Assembly: GCA_002633005.1 (NCBI GenBank)
Contig: NMRA01000535.1
Span: forward strand, 197,169-261,168
Reading direction: 5' to 3'
Length of the DNA stretch: 64,000 nt
DNA from: Phoronis australis
Lineage: Eukaryota > Animalia > Phoronida
Shown here piece by piece: positions 38,792 through 48,694 of this stretch. The notes below the pieces were generated by a model. The model did not search any database. It saw nothing but the letters and a program-made list of their open reading frames with translations, and was not told the DNA's origin. The translations under genes and the position numbers were made by a program. Each line of letters opens with the position of its first letter. Within the stretch, counting starts at the first letter, position 1.

Positions 38792-39005
38792 TGTATTATC
38801 TCCCATAGTACTCCGCTCGTCTCCTTTCATCTCTGAAAACTGAATGTCGCTCGGCTCCGCCCTTATCGAGGTCTGTCGCAGCGTGTCCCCTTCTGCGTTG
38901 CTCACAGACAATGTCTTGTCTTCACTTCCTAATGCCAGCAGATTCTGCGAACTCCAAGCACCGCACGTGATTTTCTTAGTGTGTTTGCCAAGAATGGGAA
39001 TTTTC
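38792..39005 (-). CDS. WDR19: WDR19 exon 6
   Basis: tag|[17 protein letters not shown]...STMGDNT|gtgagt, 214 nt. Confidence 0.96.
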
Positions 39006-39111
39006 CTATGTGAAATAACATCGCTGAATACCACTGCCAAAGTGCTATAGGTATATTTTTGTCACAATCAGAATCACATGTGATGCTATCAGGACACACT
39101 TAAACAGGATG

Positions 39112-39356
39112 CAGCAATGTTGACAAAATTCACAACAGTGTGGACTGAGTGACTCTTGCCCAGCAATGTTGACAAAATTGACAACAGTGTGGACTGAGTG
39201 ACTCTTGCCCAGCAATGTTGACAAAATTCACAACAGTGTGGACTGAGTGACTCTTGCCCAGCAATGTTGACAAAATTCACAACAGTGTGGACTGAGTGAC
39301 TCTTGCCCAGCAATGTTGACAAAATTCACAACAGTGTGGACTGAGTGACTCTTGCA
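39112..39356. repeat. Minisatellite, 49-bp unit, 5 copies
   Basis: CAGCAATGTTGACAAAATTCACAACAGTGTGGACTGAGTGACTCTTGCC. Confidence 0.96.
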
Positions 39357-39469
39357 TTTCCAAGTTAAACGTGTAGAAATCCCAACTCATCTGAACTCTG
39401 ATTATTTTAAAAACCACGAATCAGTTTTTCGATGATGACCATTAACGTCTTTAAAAATAAGAAGCACAC

Positions 39470-39610
39470 CTTTAACACATACAGATTCAGGGAGCACTTT
39501 AACACATACAGATTCAGGGAGCACTTTAACATGTGCAGATTCAGGGAGCAATTTAACATGTGCAGATTCAGGGAGCACTTTAACATGTGCAGATTCAGGG
39601 AGCAATTTAC
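39470..39610. repeat. Minisatellite, 27-bp unit, 5 copies, abutting the exon 5 donor
   Basis: TTTAACATGTGCAGATTCAGGGAGCAC. Confidence 0.93.
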
Positions 39611-39709
39611 CTAGATGTCTGATGATTATAGATAAGCAGATTGCCTTTTCCAGTTCCTATGGCTAATTGAGGACCATCCTTGGACCACAAAAGAAAGGAC
39701 AACGGATCC
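39611..39709 (-). CDS. WDR19: WDR19 exon 5
   Basis: cag|[33 protein letters not shown]|gtaaat, 99 nt. Confidence 0.95.
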
Positions 39710-40386
39710 CTGGAACACAACATGACAATTGCACTGTATTCACTGACAATATCATTAGCGTTTCAGCAAGACAGATGTGGTGGCCACAAAGGGACCCTTG
39801 TCGTCAACAAATAGTTCACTTTCTCACCACAAGAAAGCAGTCACATTCCCAAGTATTATAGTTAAGCACGCTCACTCTCACAACTTTTTAACGTAATGAT
39901 TCAAAAAAGCGTTCTGTTCCCTGAAATATGCATCTTTTGTAGTAAGCCCTCGCACTACAGAAGTCCTTACGAACAAAGCAGATTTGGGGTAGCTCAAGCT
40001 GTCAGTAAGGCATCAGCAAAAATGACCCAAGCAACCATTCACCTTACTGATGTCTTTGATGCTTACAAAACTGCTAGTGAAAACGTTAGCCAGTATGTGA
40101 TCAGGATTAGTACCAACACATTGAAGGTGAATACAGTTACTGTATAAGATTACAAAATAGACAGTATGTGATCAGGATTAGTACCAACACATTGAAGGTG
40201 CATACAGTATAAGATTACAAAATAGACAATTCAAGTCAGAATCACAGAAGTTTTAGGCATAGAAATTATTAGCATACACGCAGCATATAGCGTAAAACCA
40301 GAAACTTATTTAATATATTACATTTATACAGCTTTAAAAGAAGAAGTTTAGGTCAGACACACAATCAGCACAAATGGCTGTCTCAC

Positions 40387-40512
40387 CTTAGACCACTGTC
40401 CAGCTGAGCCGTCTTGTGTGTGTTGGCATCCCACAGGAAGATCACACTGGACCGGTCATTGATGATGGCCAAAGTATCCCCGTCTTTATCCCAACCAAGA
40501 CCCGTGCACATT
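40387..40512 (-). CDS. WDR19: WDR19 exon 4
   Basis: cag|[42 protein letters not shown]|gtgaga, 126 nt. Confidence 0.96.
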
Positions 40513-41060
40513 CTGAAGAGAGCAAAGCATATCAAGGTATGAGCAGAGACAATTTAGGGTGTACAAACTCAACACATTCACAAGACATAGCATAGTCGAC
40601 ATACATTCAGAAACAGCCACTAATTGATTCAGGAGGCCATATTTTGGCAAAATTTAGTAAAAAGTTACATTCATACAAAAACAAAGGTACCCCGATTCCG
40701 GGTAAACTTCATTGTTCACATAGAGTCAATAAAATCTCAAAATCATAACATTTTTTTCTTAATCATCATTTCGTTTTTGTTTTATGCTAAGTTCAACTTT
40801 TTCATAAAAATCATTGATATCATATTATTGATAGTCCCTCATACAAAAGAGGAACATTTAAAGACAATTGTTTACAGAATGTAAGAGAGCAGTTACTAAA
40901 GTATCAAATGAATCCAATCAGCCAATTCTGACATATGACAGCCCAAAGTTAGCACCCAATTAGATAGATATTTTTCCATGGTACTACATAACATTAAATA
41001 TTGTATGCATTGTACCAGAGTGAATGGTCTCAAAAGCATTGAAAGACACATGAACATTAC

Positions 41061-41126
41061 CCAGGCAAATTGATCTCATCCTTCACCTCCCCGTGACGGT
41101 CGTGAATTCTCACATTGTGGTCAAAT
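41061..41126 (-). CDS. WDR19: WDR19 exon 3
   Basis: cag|FDHNVRIHDRHGEVKDEINLPG|gtaatg, 66 nt. Confidence 0.95.
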
Positions 41127-41157
41127 CTGCAACAGACAACCATGATAACAATCAGCT

Positions 41158-41388
41158 GTGATTTACTGCTACTGAAAGGTCAAAGCGCTGGTGCCATGAT
41201 TTACTGCTACTGAAAGGTCACACTGCTGGCGCCATGATTTACTTCTACTGAAAGGTCACAGCACTGGCGCCATGATTTACTTCTACTGAAATGTCACACT
41301 GCTGGCACCATGATTTACTGCTACTGAAAGCTCACAGCGCTGGCGCCATGATTTACTGCAACTGAAAGTTTACAACGCTGGCGCCATT
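41158..41388. repeat. Minisatellite, 38-bp unit, 6 copies
   Basis: CATGATTTACTGCTACTGAAAGGTCACACTGCTGGCGC. Confidence 0.93.
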
Positions 41389-41601
41389 TTTGAAAAGAAA
41401 CAAAAAACAACAAAAATGTTTTCTTGTGACATCGCTGTTCACCACAAGCTACATGATCTTGTTGGATAGCTTCACAGCCTCAAAACAATTTCATTCACGA
41501 AGCTGTTAAGGCAAAGTGAATGAAACTATTAAGGAAAGCCAAAGCTGCATTATGTCATTACATAGCGCGTTAAAACGAAAAACATGTTAGGCCTGATAAT
41601 A

Positions 41602-44037
41602 CCGTAATCGTTCGGGTTAACGCCCATGCTCAGTTAACCGCCCATCCCCGACTTTAAGTGGATTTTCGATTTAACCGCCCACTGCTCGGTTAAGCGCCCC
41701 CCTGCGATTTTTGAAGATTTCCAGTTAAGCGCCCACCTCTCGGTTAAGCGCCCATCCCCGACTTTTAAAGAATGAAGATTTAGCGCCTAGTGCTAAGGAA
41801 ACGCACGATTCCCCGACTTTTAGAAAAAGATCGATGATCACAATGGGTGCAACGACGCCGGGACTCCGAGACGGTGGTTTAGCAATCTGAATTACAATAC
41901 AGGTAACAAGTTATTGTCTTGGGTCATGAACTCACTTCAAAATATAATACTTGAACCTTTTTGTCACTTTATTTTCTTCCCTTGTTTGCAAAGTTTAAGA
42001 ACGCCGCCGGCGCCAAAACCTCCGCTTTCAGCGACTTTGTCTGCCGCGCTGAGTTTTCGTCTGCAGTGCACTTAATAAAACATATATTCGAAAAAATCAG
42101 GCCAGACAAATGTGACAAGGGTTTTGCCAACCCTCCAAATTCTATTAAGGTGGGATGCTCTCGTATTTTGAACAAATCTCACAACTCACGGAAAGATGTA
42201 AAATTCTCAATATTTTGATGAATATAACTGCCGGGTCATTATGTAGAGGATGTGGGGCATCCGAAGCGGGACAGTACAAGTGCCTTACTGGGTTACCGAT
42301 TTCGTTGCTGCCTATCGATTTCTGAATTCAAACGTTGGCAATAATGTATGGTTGTATATGATCTTGAAGTAATAAAAAACGGCTAGTCAAATTTTGTTTT
42401 TTGCTTATTGCATCTCAGTCAAACTGGTTAGCAGATTTAACTAATGTCGCTGATTGTTCTTTACTATTTCTTGCGTCAGCCCCCACGTAAGCGTGACCGT
42501 GTGAATTATCGTTTCCACATCCCCTTTTTAGCCATCCAGAATAATTTTGTTTATACATTGGCCATTTTAGCCTGAACAAAAATTCTTACCATTCGAGTCT
42601 GAAATATCTACGACGAAGACTGCTTGACGATAGTGGGTAGGAGATTCACGCAGCTAGTTACAGGGATGGGCTTAGGGAGCATCGAGCCGGGAAATATAGG
42701 AATAGACTTGACATCGCAGTTTTGGGGAACATTGGCAACGCAGGAATATCGTAAAGAACTGGGTCTTTCGTAACAACAGCTTAAAAGTACATAGTCACGC
42801 CCGTTTTTGTTACTTCGTCGGACTGTCGCTATGTGTGACTGATTTGTAGTGGTGCACGCGTGCAAGTTCCCACACTTTGGAGTGCATGTTACCTTGACAC
42901 CAACATGTGATTGACAGGTGACTCACACGTAGGCCCCACGTGCGTACTGAATACCGCCACTATCTTTGGCCATAAAAAACGAGATGCATATTGAAAGAGG
43001 CCGTTATATTACTTGACGGCATTTCCAAGTCACGATTGTCAGCCGACTGAGACATTGCGCGATAACAGCGGGACCGAACAGTGCCGCAGTGCGATATTAC
43101 AAGTGATATAAATAGGATAATCTGGACATCTTGCATGAAAAATAAATGTTTTTCCACCACGAAGTTTGGTAAGGTCATCGTTTAGAATAATGAATTGAAA
43201 CATTCCTGTTTTCTGACATTTTGTAACATTTTATGCAGTTGCATGGAATTTTATTCTTGATCGACGACTAGCTCGACCACCCCCGATCCTTGTCTTACTT
43301 CTTTGCATAGCATGTTTGGCGCAACGGCAAGACAGCAATGCCGGGCTGTCGAGATAAGTCAGCTAGCCGCAGAACCATACGCTGAAAATGTCATTGAGTC
43401 ACGGAGTGTCGACTATAACATCCCAAACACAAACAACAGCAGAGTTAAGTTTTTCAAACTTTTATTACAACCAATTTTAAAACTGCTCTCTGACTCAGAA
43501 GTTGACAGCTACATATTATATAGTACGAGACTGTAACCATAAATTTGATGTCTGACCTCTGCAACACGTGAAGCTTGCACGCGCTCACTCAAGCAGGGTC
43601 ACACCTTGAAACAGTTTTAATTCTAGTGGAGGCTGCGTGGTGACTGGTCGTCTGGGCATCGCAGGACGGCACGGGGCTATTACTCAGCAATTTTGTAAAG
43701 TTAATAGTGAATGACTAATCTGAGGGCAAGAGAACCTTTGTTGGGATCATCTGCTGTTATGACGTTTTCACAGTCATGTGGCGACGTGACGATAAAGCTC
43801 TTTGAAAAGGGCTACGCGTTCCGAGTATGATTGTCGTGTCGGGATTTAGATCGCCAGGTAAGATTAACCGCCCAGGGCGGTTGTCTGTCGTAATAAGCGC
43901 CCATGTTCGGTTAACCGCCCATCCCCTACTTTTGGTGGATTTTCAATTTAACCGCCCACTGCTCGGTTAACCGCCCTCCCCCGATTTTTTGGATTCGCCA
44001 ATTTAACCGCCCAGGGCGTTAACCCGAACGATTACGG
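41602..44037. mobile_element. Non-autonomous Tc1/mariner(pogo)-type element, 2436 bp
   Basis: Perfect 24-bp TIR CCGTAATCGTTCGGGTTAACGCCC, TA TSD, many subterminal TTAACCGCCC/TTAAGCGCCC repeats, CpG-rich. Confidence 0.92.
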
Positions 44038-44420
44038 TATCTTAAAATCAGTCTGATAATAGCAAGTGATAAGCATAATGCACTAGAATCAAATAGCCAC
44101 AAGCGCCAAGAATTTAAAGATCGAAGATATACATGATAGGGCGACATCTGGTGGCAAACACAAAAACTAACAACGAGGTAAAGAGGCAATTACGAGTAAG
44201 AAATCACAAAATTAATACTATTTAAAAATGCGACTAAAACCTGTCTTGCATTTTCAATGCTGGCATTTCAAATTTTATGACTAGGGCTTATAAGAGTGTT
44301 ATCCCTCCACATCAAGTTCATGAAAACAAACAAAATTCTACGGTAGTTTCTAGTGGGTACATGAGGACCTTTCAATAGTGCAACTTAATACAACTAGTGT
44401 ATCGTCATATAGTCACTCAC

Positions 44421-44512
44421 CCTGTAGTCGCCAAGTAGTTGCCCAGTGTCTTCTGCCATGAGTAGAATATGCCCCCATTACCATGGGTCTTCTCCGACAG
44501 AGTAAACACTCT
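44421..44512 (-). CDS. WDR19: WDR19 exon 2
   Basis: tttcag|RVFTLSEKTHGNGGIFYSWQKTLGNYLATTG|gtgagt, 92 nt. Confidence 0.95.
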
Positions 44513-44829
44513 CTGAAATCAAAAACGAATATTATGGAACTTTATCTAAGTAAATCAAACCAAGCAGTCACATAAAAATTGTTTTTTGCACTTTATTTAT
44601 CAACAGTGATGCATTTGTTATGAACTTAACATAGCCAGAAACTGAAAGTGAAACTGGAGAACACAATTTTTATAAAGATCAAATAATTATATTTAAAAAA
44701 ATTAAATATCTGTCACGTTGCTACATGTGCGAGCCCATATTCAACTAATATCCACAACAGGAATCTCCTGAACAATCAATCTGTAAGGACATGGCAGCAG
44801 TTGCAACTGTAAAAACGATGTGTTCTTGT

Positions 44830-45913
44830 AACAAGAACAATGCGCGCCCACGAATGCACTGCAAACAGTGTGCTTCTAGGGTTGTTTATTTGTATCATAA
44901 ACATGGCCACTAGATGGTGCAAAATATGTCGAATCCATCCAAAAAGAGGAACATGCCATTGTTTCTTTAATAGAAAGTTTACCAAATTTCATAAAAATCT
45001 GTCTAGGAACTTCAGAGAAACAAAGGAAAACGAAAAAATGAAATTGTCACTAGGAGGCACAGCGTTTGTCATATCCATTGAAAGTTGTCGTCTGTTGTTA
45101 ACTTCATATAAATAAACATACTAAATTTAATCAAGATCCTGCAGTGATTTTAGGAGATACAGCTACGGGGGCAAAACAAAACAAAACTGTCACTAGGAGG
45201 TGCCACAGTAGTCGAAGTCATCATCGTCAGCCGTCCTGTGGACACTAAGAATGTATACTCCAATTCTCGAAATCATCCTTAGAATGGTTTCAACTTTGGT
45301 TGATAGAGGGGTGGACGCAAAAAACAGACTCAAAAACAGCAAAAATGGCCACTATGTGGCACCAAAATACCTCGAATCCCCTGAAAACGGGAGAATAGCA
45401 TCATCTCATCAACAGATGCCTATATTCCAAATTTCATGAAAATCCATTGAAGACCTTTGAAGATACAGAAGTAAATGTAAAAAACTAAAATTAAGGGGGC
45501 ACACCTGTAGTCAGATCCATCTGATAGTCGTAGTCGTCCGTAGTCAACTTCATACAAATACACTTGCTAAATTTAGAAAAGATCCTGCAGAGGGACTAGG
45601 TGATACAGCCACGGGCGCAAAAAAGTTTTGTCAGCCGTCCTGTTCACAGTAGGAACATACATGCCAACTTTCAAGTACAGAGGCACACGTAAAATATAAA
45701 ATAGCCACTAGATTCATACTGGTACTCGGATCAGTCCAAACATTCGCTCATGCTGTCACATCCAGAAAGGAACACGTGTGCAAAATTTCATGAAGATACG
45801 TTAAAGGGTTTTGAAGATAGAGCGGCAGATGCCAGACAGAAGCCGCACGGACGCCGGATGGACGGAGTTGATGGCATAATGCATCCACATATAAATTTGT
45901 GGGTGCATTAAAA
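44830..45913 (-). mobile_element. HINE-like element in WDR19 intron 1
   Basis: Hairpin ATGCATCCACA..TGTGGGTGCAT (45879-45908), GGAC microsatellite remnant, ~140-155-bp tandem units. Confidence 0.7.
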
Positions 45914-46973
45914 GTTATCAGTATTGCATGCCTGTTAAATATATTTTGCTATCTTTCCTTTCGGCAGTTGAGCACAGCTCAGTATGTCACATTTCACCCT
46001 TAGCCATTGTATAGTACATGATAGCATGTTATTTGCATACAGAAGGCTAGAAAGGGTGTGGGCTACTGTAAATAGTGTTGGAAAATCAGATCTATTTACT
46101 GACTAGAATGACTGATCTATGAGCATGCAATTTGCAATTGCACGTGGATGCTGTACATGTACAGGCTATGGCCAACTGGGATTGCTCAACAGATTTATTT
46201 CTTGATTGATAAAATAAAGTGCACTTAATGTTTAAAGAAACAATTACCTGTGAATTAAACAATTACATTTTAATACACTGGTAAAACTCTCCCTTTCATA
46301 GGTTACCTGACCAAAAGAACTGACCTTGGCCATTATAAAATATGACTGCCAAAGGATAATTTTTAAAATGTGGTCAAGTAAATTGCATTGGTAATAGGAA
46401 TGACTTTATCTTAACTGCACGGAAAGGAGATAAAAAAGGACTATTTATTGGCAGAAAAGGGTCCAACCTTGCAGTGTTGAATTTTCTGGTTTTCAGTATA
46501 TTTTCACATGATAAAAGTTAATTGTCAGCCCTCAGCAAAGCAATCACTTGGCAAGTTACTCATCAGGCCCATCAGAGTGCAGTTAGTGGACCAAAAAAAG
46601 AAGTCTCTAGGCAAGCTACTGCCAATCACTCAAACCTGACCAAATCATTCAGATTCCTTGTCTAAGTGAGAAAACAAGCTCCCGTTTCCAGGCCGCTTGG
46701 AATGGCATGCATTCAACACAACAGGTACTGATAACTTGTTTCAGCCGCGAAATTTTCATAAGATATATTATCTACTCTCACACACAGTGAATCACTCAAT
46801 CTTCTAATGCGATGTGAATCATTCATGTGTCTGGCTGTCACAATTTTTGGAACGAAGCGAAGACTGTGTAACCTGGTAAGTTGTCTAGGCCTATGTCATA
46901 ACAAGATGTGTTAAAAGTGAATATTTTATCTCGCCCCTTCTATGCAAAAACTGTGCATAGTTGATAAACAAAC

Positions 46974-46979
46974 CTTCAT
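46974..46979 (-). CDS. WDR19: WDR19 exon 1 coding part (ATG AAG = MK)
   Basis: Minus strand aaaatATGAAG|gtttgt. Supplies the MK before phase-0 exon 2 (R-V-F..), as in vertebrate WDR19 (MK|RIF). Short, so less certain. Confidence 0.8.
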
Positions 46980-47300
46980 ATTTTACACAATCGCCCAGAA
47001 ACGTCTCGACAAAGAAAACCAACTAGTAAATATTATCCGTTCGAATTTGGCTTCCCTGGCAATGGATCGGAATGTTGCGCATGCGTTTACCACTTCCTTT
47101 TGTTTATTTCCTCCAATAAGTGGGTCATGTCACCCGCTCACCGCAGAGTCAATTTTTCAAGAGGTATTGTTCACACGGCTACGTGCTTTCGATCTCAATA
47201 TAGCATTCACTTCAAATTAATTAGACTTCGTTTCCCTCCCACATTTAACAAAGTTACAGAATCTATCTTCCGGCTCCATAAAACAGTCTGTGTCGTCGGT
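46980..47300. promoter_or_regulatory. Probable bidirectional promoter for WDR19 and the BOK-like gene
   Basis: Divergent ATGs 720 bp apart. Degenerate X-box GCTTCCCTGGCAAT (47050-47063), NRF1-type TGCGCATGCG (47076-47085), ETS-type CACTTCC (47091-47097) and CTTCCGG (~47267). Locally more CpG. Confidence 0.6.
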
Positions 47301-47699
47301 TAACAAATCGGTCCAGGAATAAGATCTGGTCATAAGTCAAGCCAAGGTCAGGATTTTGGTGTATGTCTCTAGAGGTGACTGTTAGACTTGGTAATACCTC
47401 GGGAGCAAGTGCGAATTAACAATGTGATTATCTGGTGTTACCTGGTAAGGTCAAAATACCGTCATTTTGGAAAGAGTCAATGATATCCGGAGGGAACGTC
47501 TGTTGACTGTTGTACAGTATCGCATCCAAATCTTGAAGATCTAGTTCCAGGCAATTTTGAGGAAAAGCAATTGGATACTAAAGAAGTCAGTACAGTAACC
47601 TAAGTATAAGGCAAACCAGGAGGCAGGTCCAGAAGGTTAATTGCTTTTAACCAGACTTGAGTGCTCAGCTTATTTCCTAACAGATGTGAGGCATTTACC

Positions 47700-48344
47700 A
47701 TGGATACAATAAAAGGAGCAGTGTCTCAAATTAGGTCTGATTTTGCCATGATGTGGACATGGCGATCAGAAGCACAAAGTGCAGAATTCACAACTGATGA
47801 TGTCATTAAGCAAGCCAGAACCTTGTGCAAGGATTATGTGAATGAACGACTGAAAAGGAGTAATTTACATACTAAAAAGCTTGCTCTTGTCACCCATGAA
47901 CCTAACGAAATTGAAAAGCAGTTATTTTCGGTGGGACAACAGTTTGAGAACGTCCACCAGGACATATATCTAGAAGTGTCTTCACATTTGAAAATGACAA
48001 TGTCTTCCGAGGCTAATGTAAAGAAGGCCTTTGATGCTGTCAGTCATCAACTTTTCAAATCGCCGGTTACCTGGGGAAAGGTGGTTTCGTTGTTTGCCCT
48101 CGCTGGTGTGTTTGCGGCAGATTGTGTAAGACAAGGTCATGGGGATTTTGTGTACACCATAGTAGAGTGCTTTGTGGATTGCATAAACCAGTATGCAGCT
48201 GACTGGATCTTTGAACAGGGTGGTTGGATCGCTTTTGTTACACGATACCAACCTAAAACACGACGAATAGTTGTTTGGACCCTGAGTGCATTGGGCATAA
48301 TTGTTGGTTTCTCTGGAACACTTTTTTTGACATTACATGTCTGA
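47700..48344 (+). CDS. BOK: BOK-like BCL-2 family protein, single coding exon, 214 aa, C-terminal TM anchor
   Basis: Strong Kozak context accATGG. BH4-like QARTLCKDYVNERL, BOK-type BH1 TWGKVVSLF..DCVRQ, BH2 WIFEQGGW, hydrophobic tail IVVWTLSALGIIVGFSGTLFLTLHV. Orthologue versus paralogue of BOK is not resolved. Confidence 0.9.
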   Translation: MDTIKGAVSQIRSDFAMMWTWRSEAQSAEFTTDDVIKQARTLCKDYVNERLKRSNLHTKKLALVTHEPNEIEKQLFSVGQQFENVHQDIYLEVSSHLKMTMSSEANVKKAFDAVSHQLFKSPVTWGKVVSLFALAGVFAADCVRQGHGDFVYTIVECFVDCINQYAADWIFEQGGWIAFVTRYQPKTRRIVVWTLSALGIIVGFSGTLFLTLHV

Positions 48345-48688
48345 TTTAAAATTGTGACATTGTGTTTCTTTTCTGATATTGGCCCTTCGCCATTATTGCA
48401 TCAAAATTGATTGTAGTACAAATGGAAAACGTTAAGTAATCTCTGAATGAATCCACGGATTTTATTCATTATTGGGTTAATGACCCTAAAAAATCCCTAC
48501 ATTGTTCAGAAGTGAGCTCTGTTACAATGGACTTTCAGTTCTAGATCTTTTTGTCCTGCTGTTTTGGTTTAGGTTGTTTTGTCTGTTGCTAAAAGCATCA
48601 TTGTTTTGAGACAAAAATGCATTTTTGGCATAATTGGTGGATGGGATAGATTTTTCAAAGTTATTAGCTTTGACCAGAGCTATAAAAC

Positions 48689-48694
48689 AATAAA
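48689..48694 (+). terminator. Candidate polyadenylation signal of the BOK-like gene
   Basis: First AATAAA I found after the stop, followed by a GT-rich tract (ttggtgttc). Another AATAAA lies at 50209-50214. Confidence 0.35.

Larger units (their letters stand above)
50..46979 (-). other. WDR19: WDR19/IFT144 gene span (IFT-A subunit; WD40 propellers, TPR-like solenoid, C-terminal Zn-binding region); 30 coding exons in window, 3' end outside window
   Basis: Manually spliced exons give one continuous 1280-codon frame, collinear with human WDR19 as I recall it (e.g. [56 protein letters not shown]). All introns are GT-AG with matching phases. Confidence 0.98.

Noticed and set aside
14115-38844. 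Plus-strand ORFs overlapping WDR19 exons (e.g. 14115, 22528, 27002, 29542, 38844)
   Set aside because: Antisense shadows of real exons, with no recognisable domains.
47661-47699. ORF-track start of the BOK-like gene at a GTG
   Set aside because: Non-ATG start that spans a likely splice acceptor; the ATG at 47700 has strong Kozak context and gives a BOK-sized protein.
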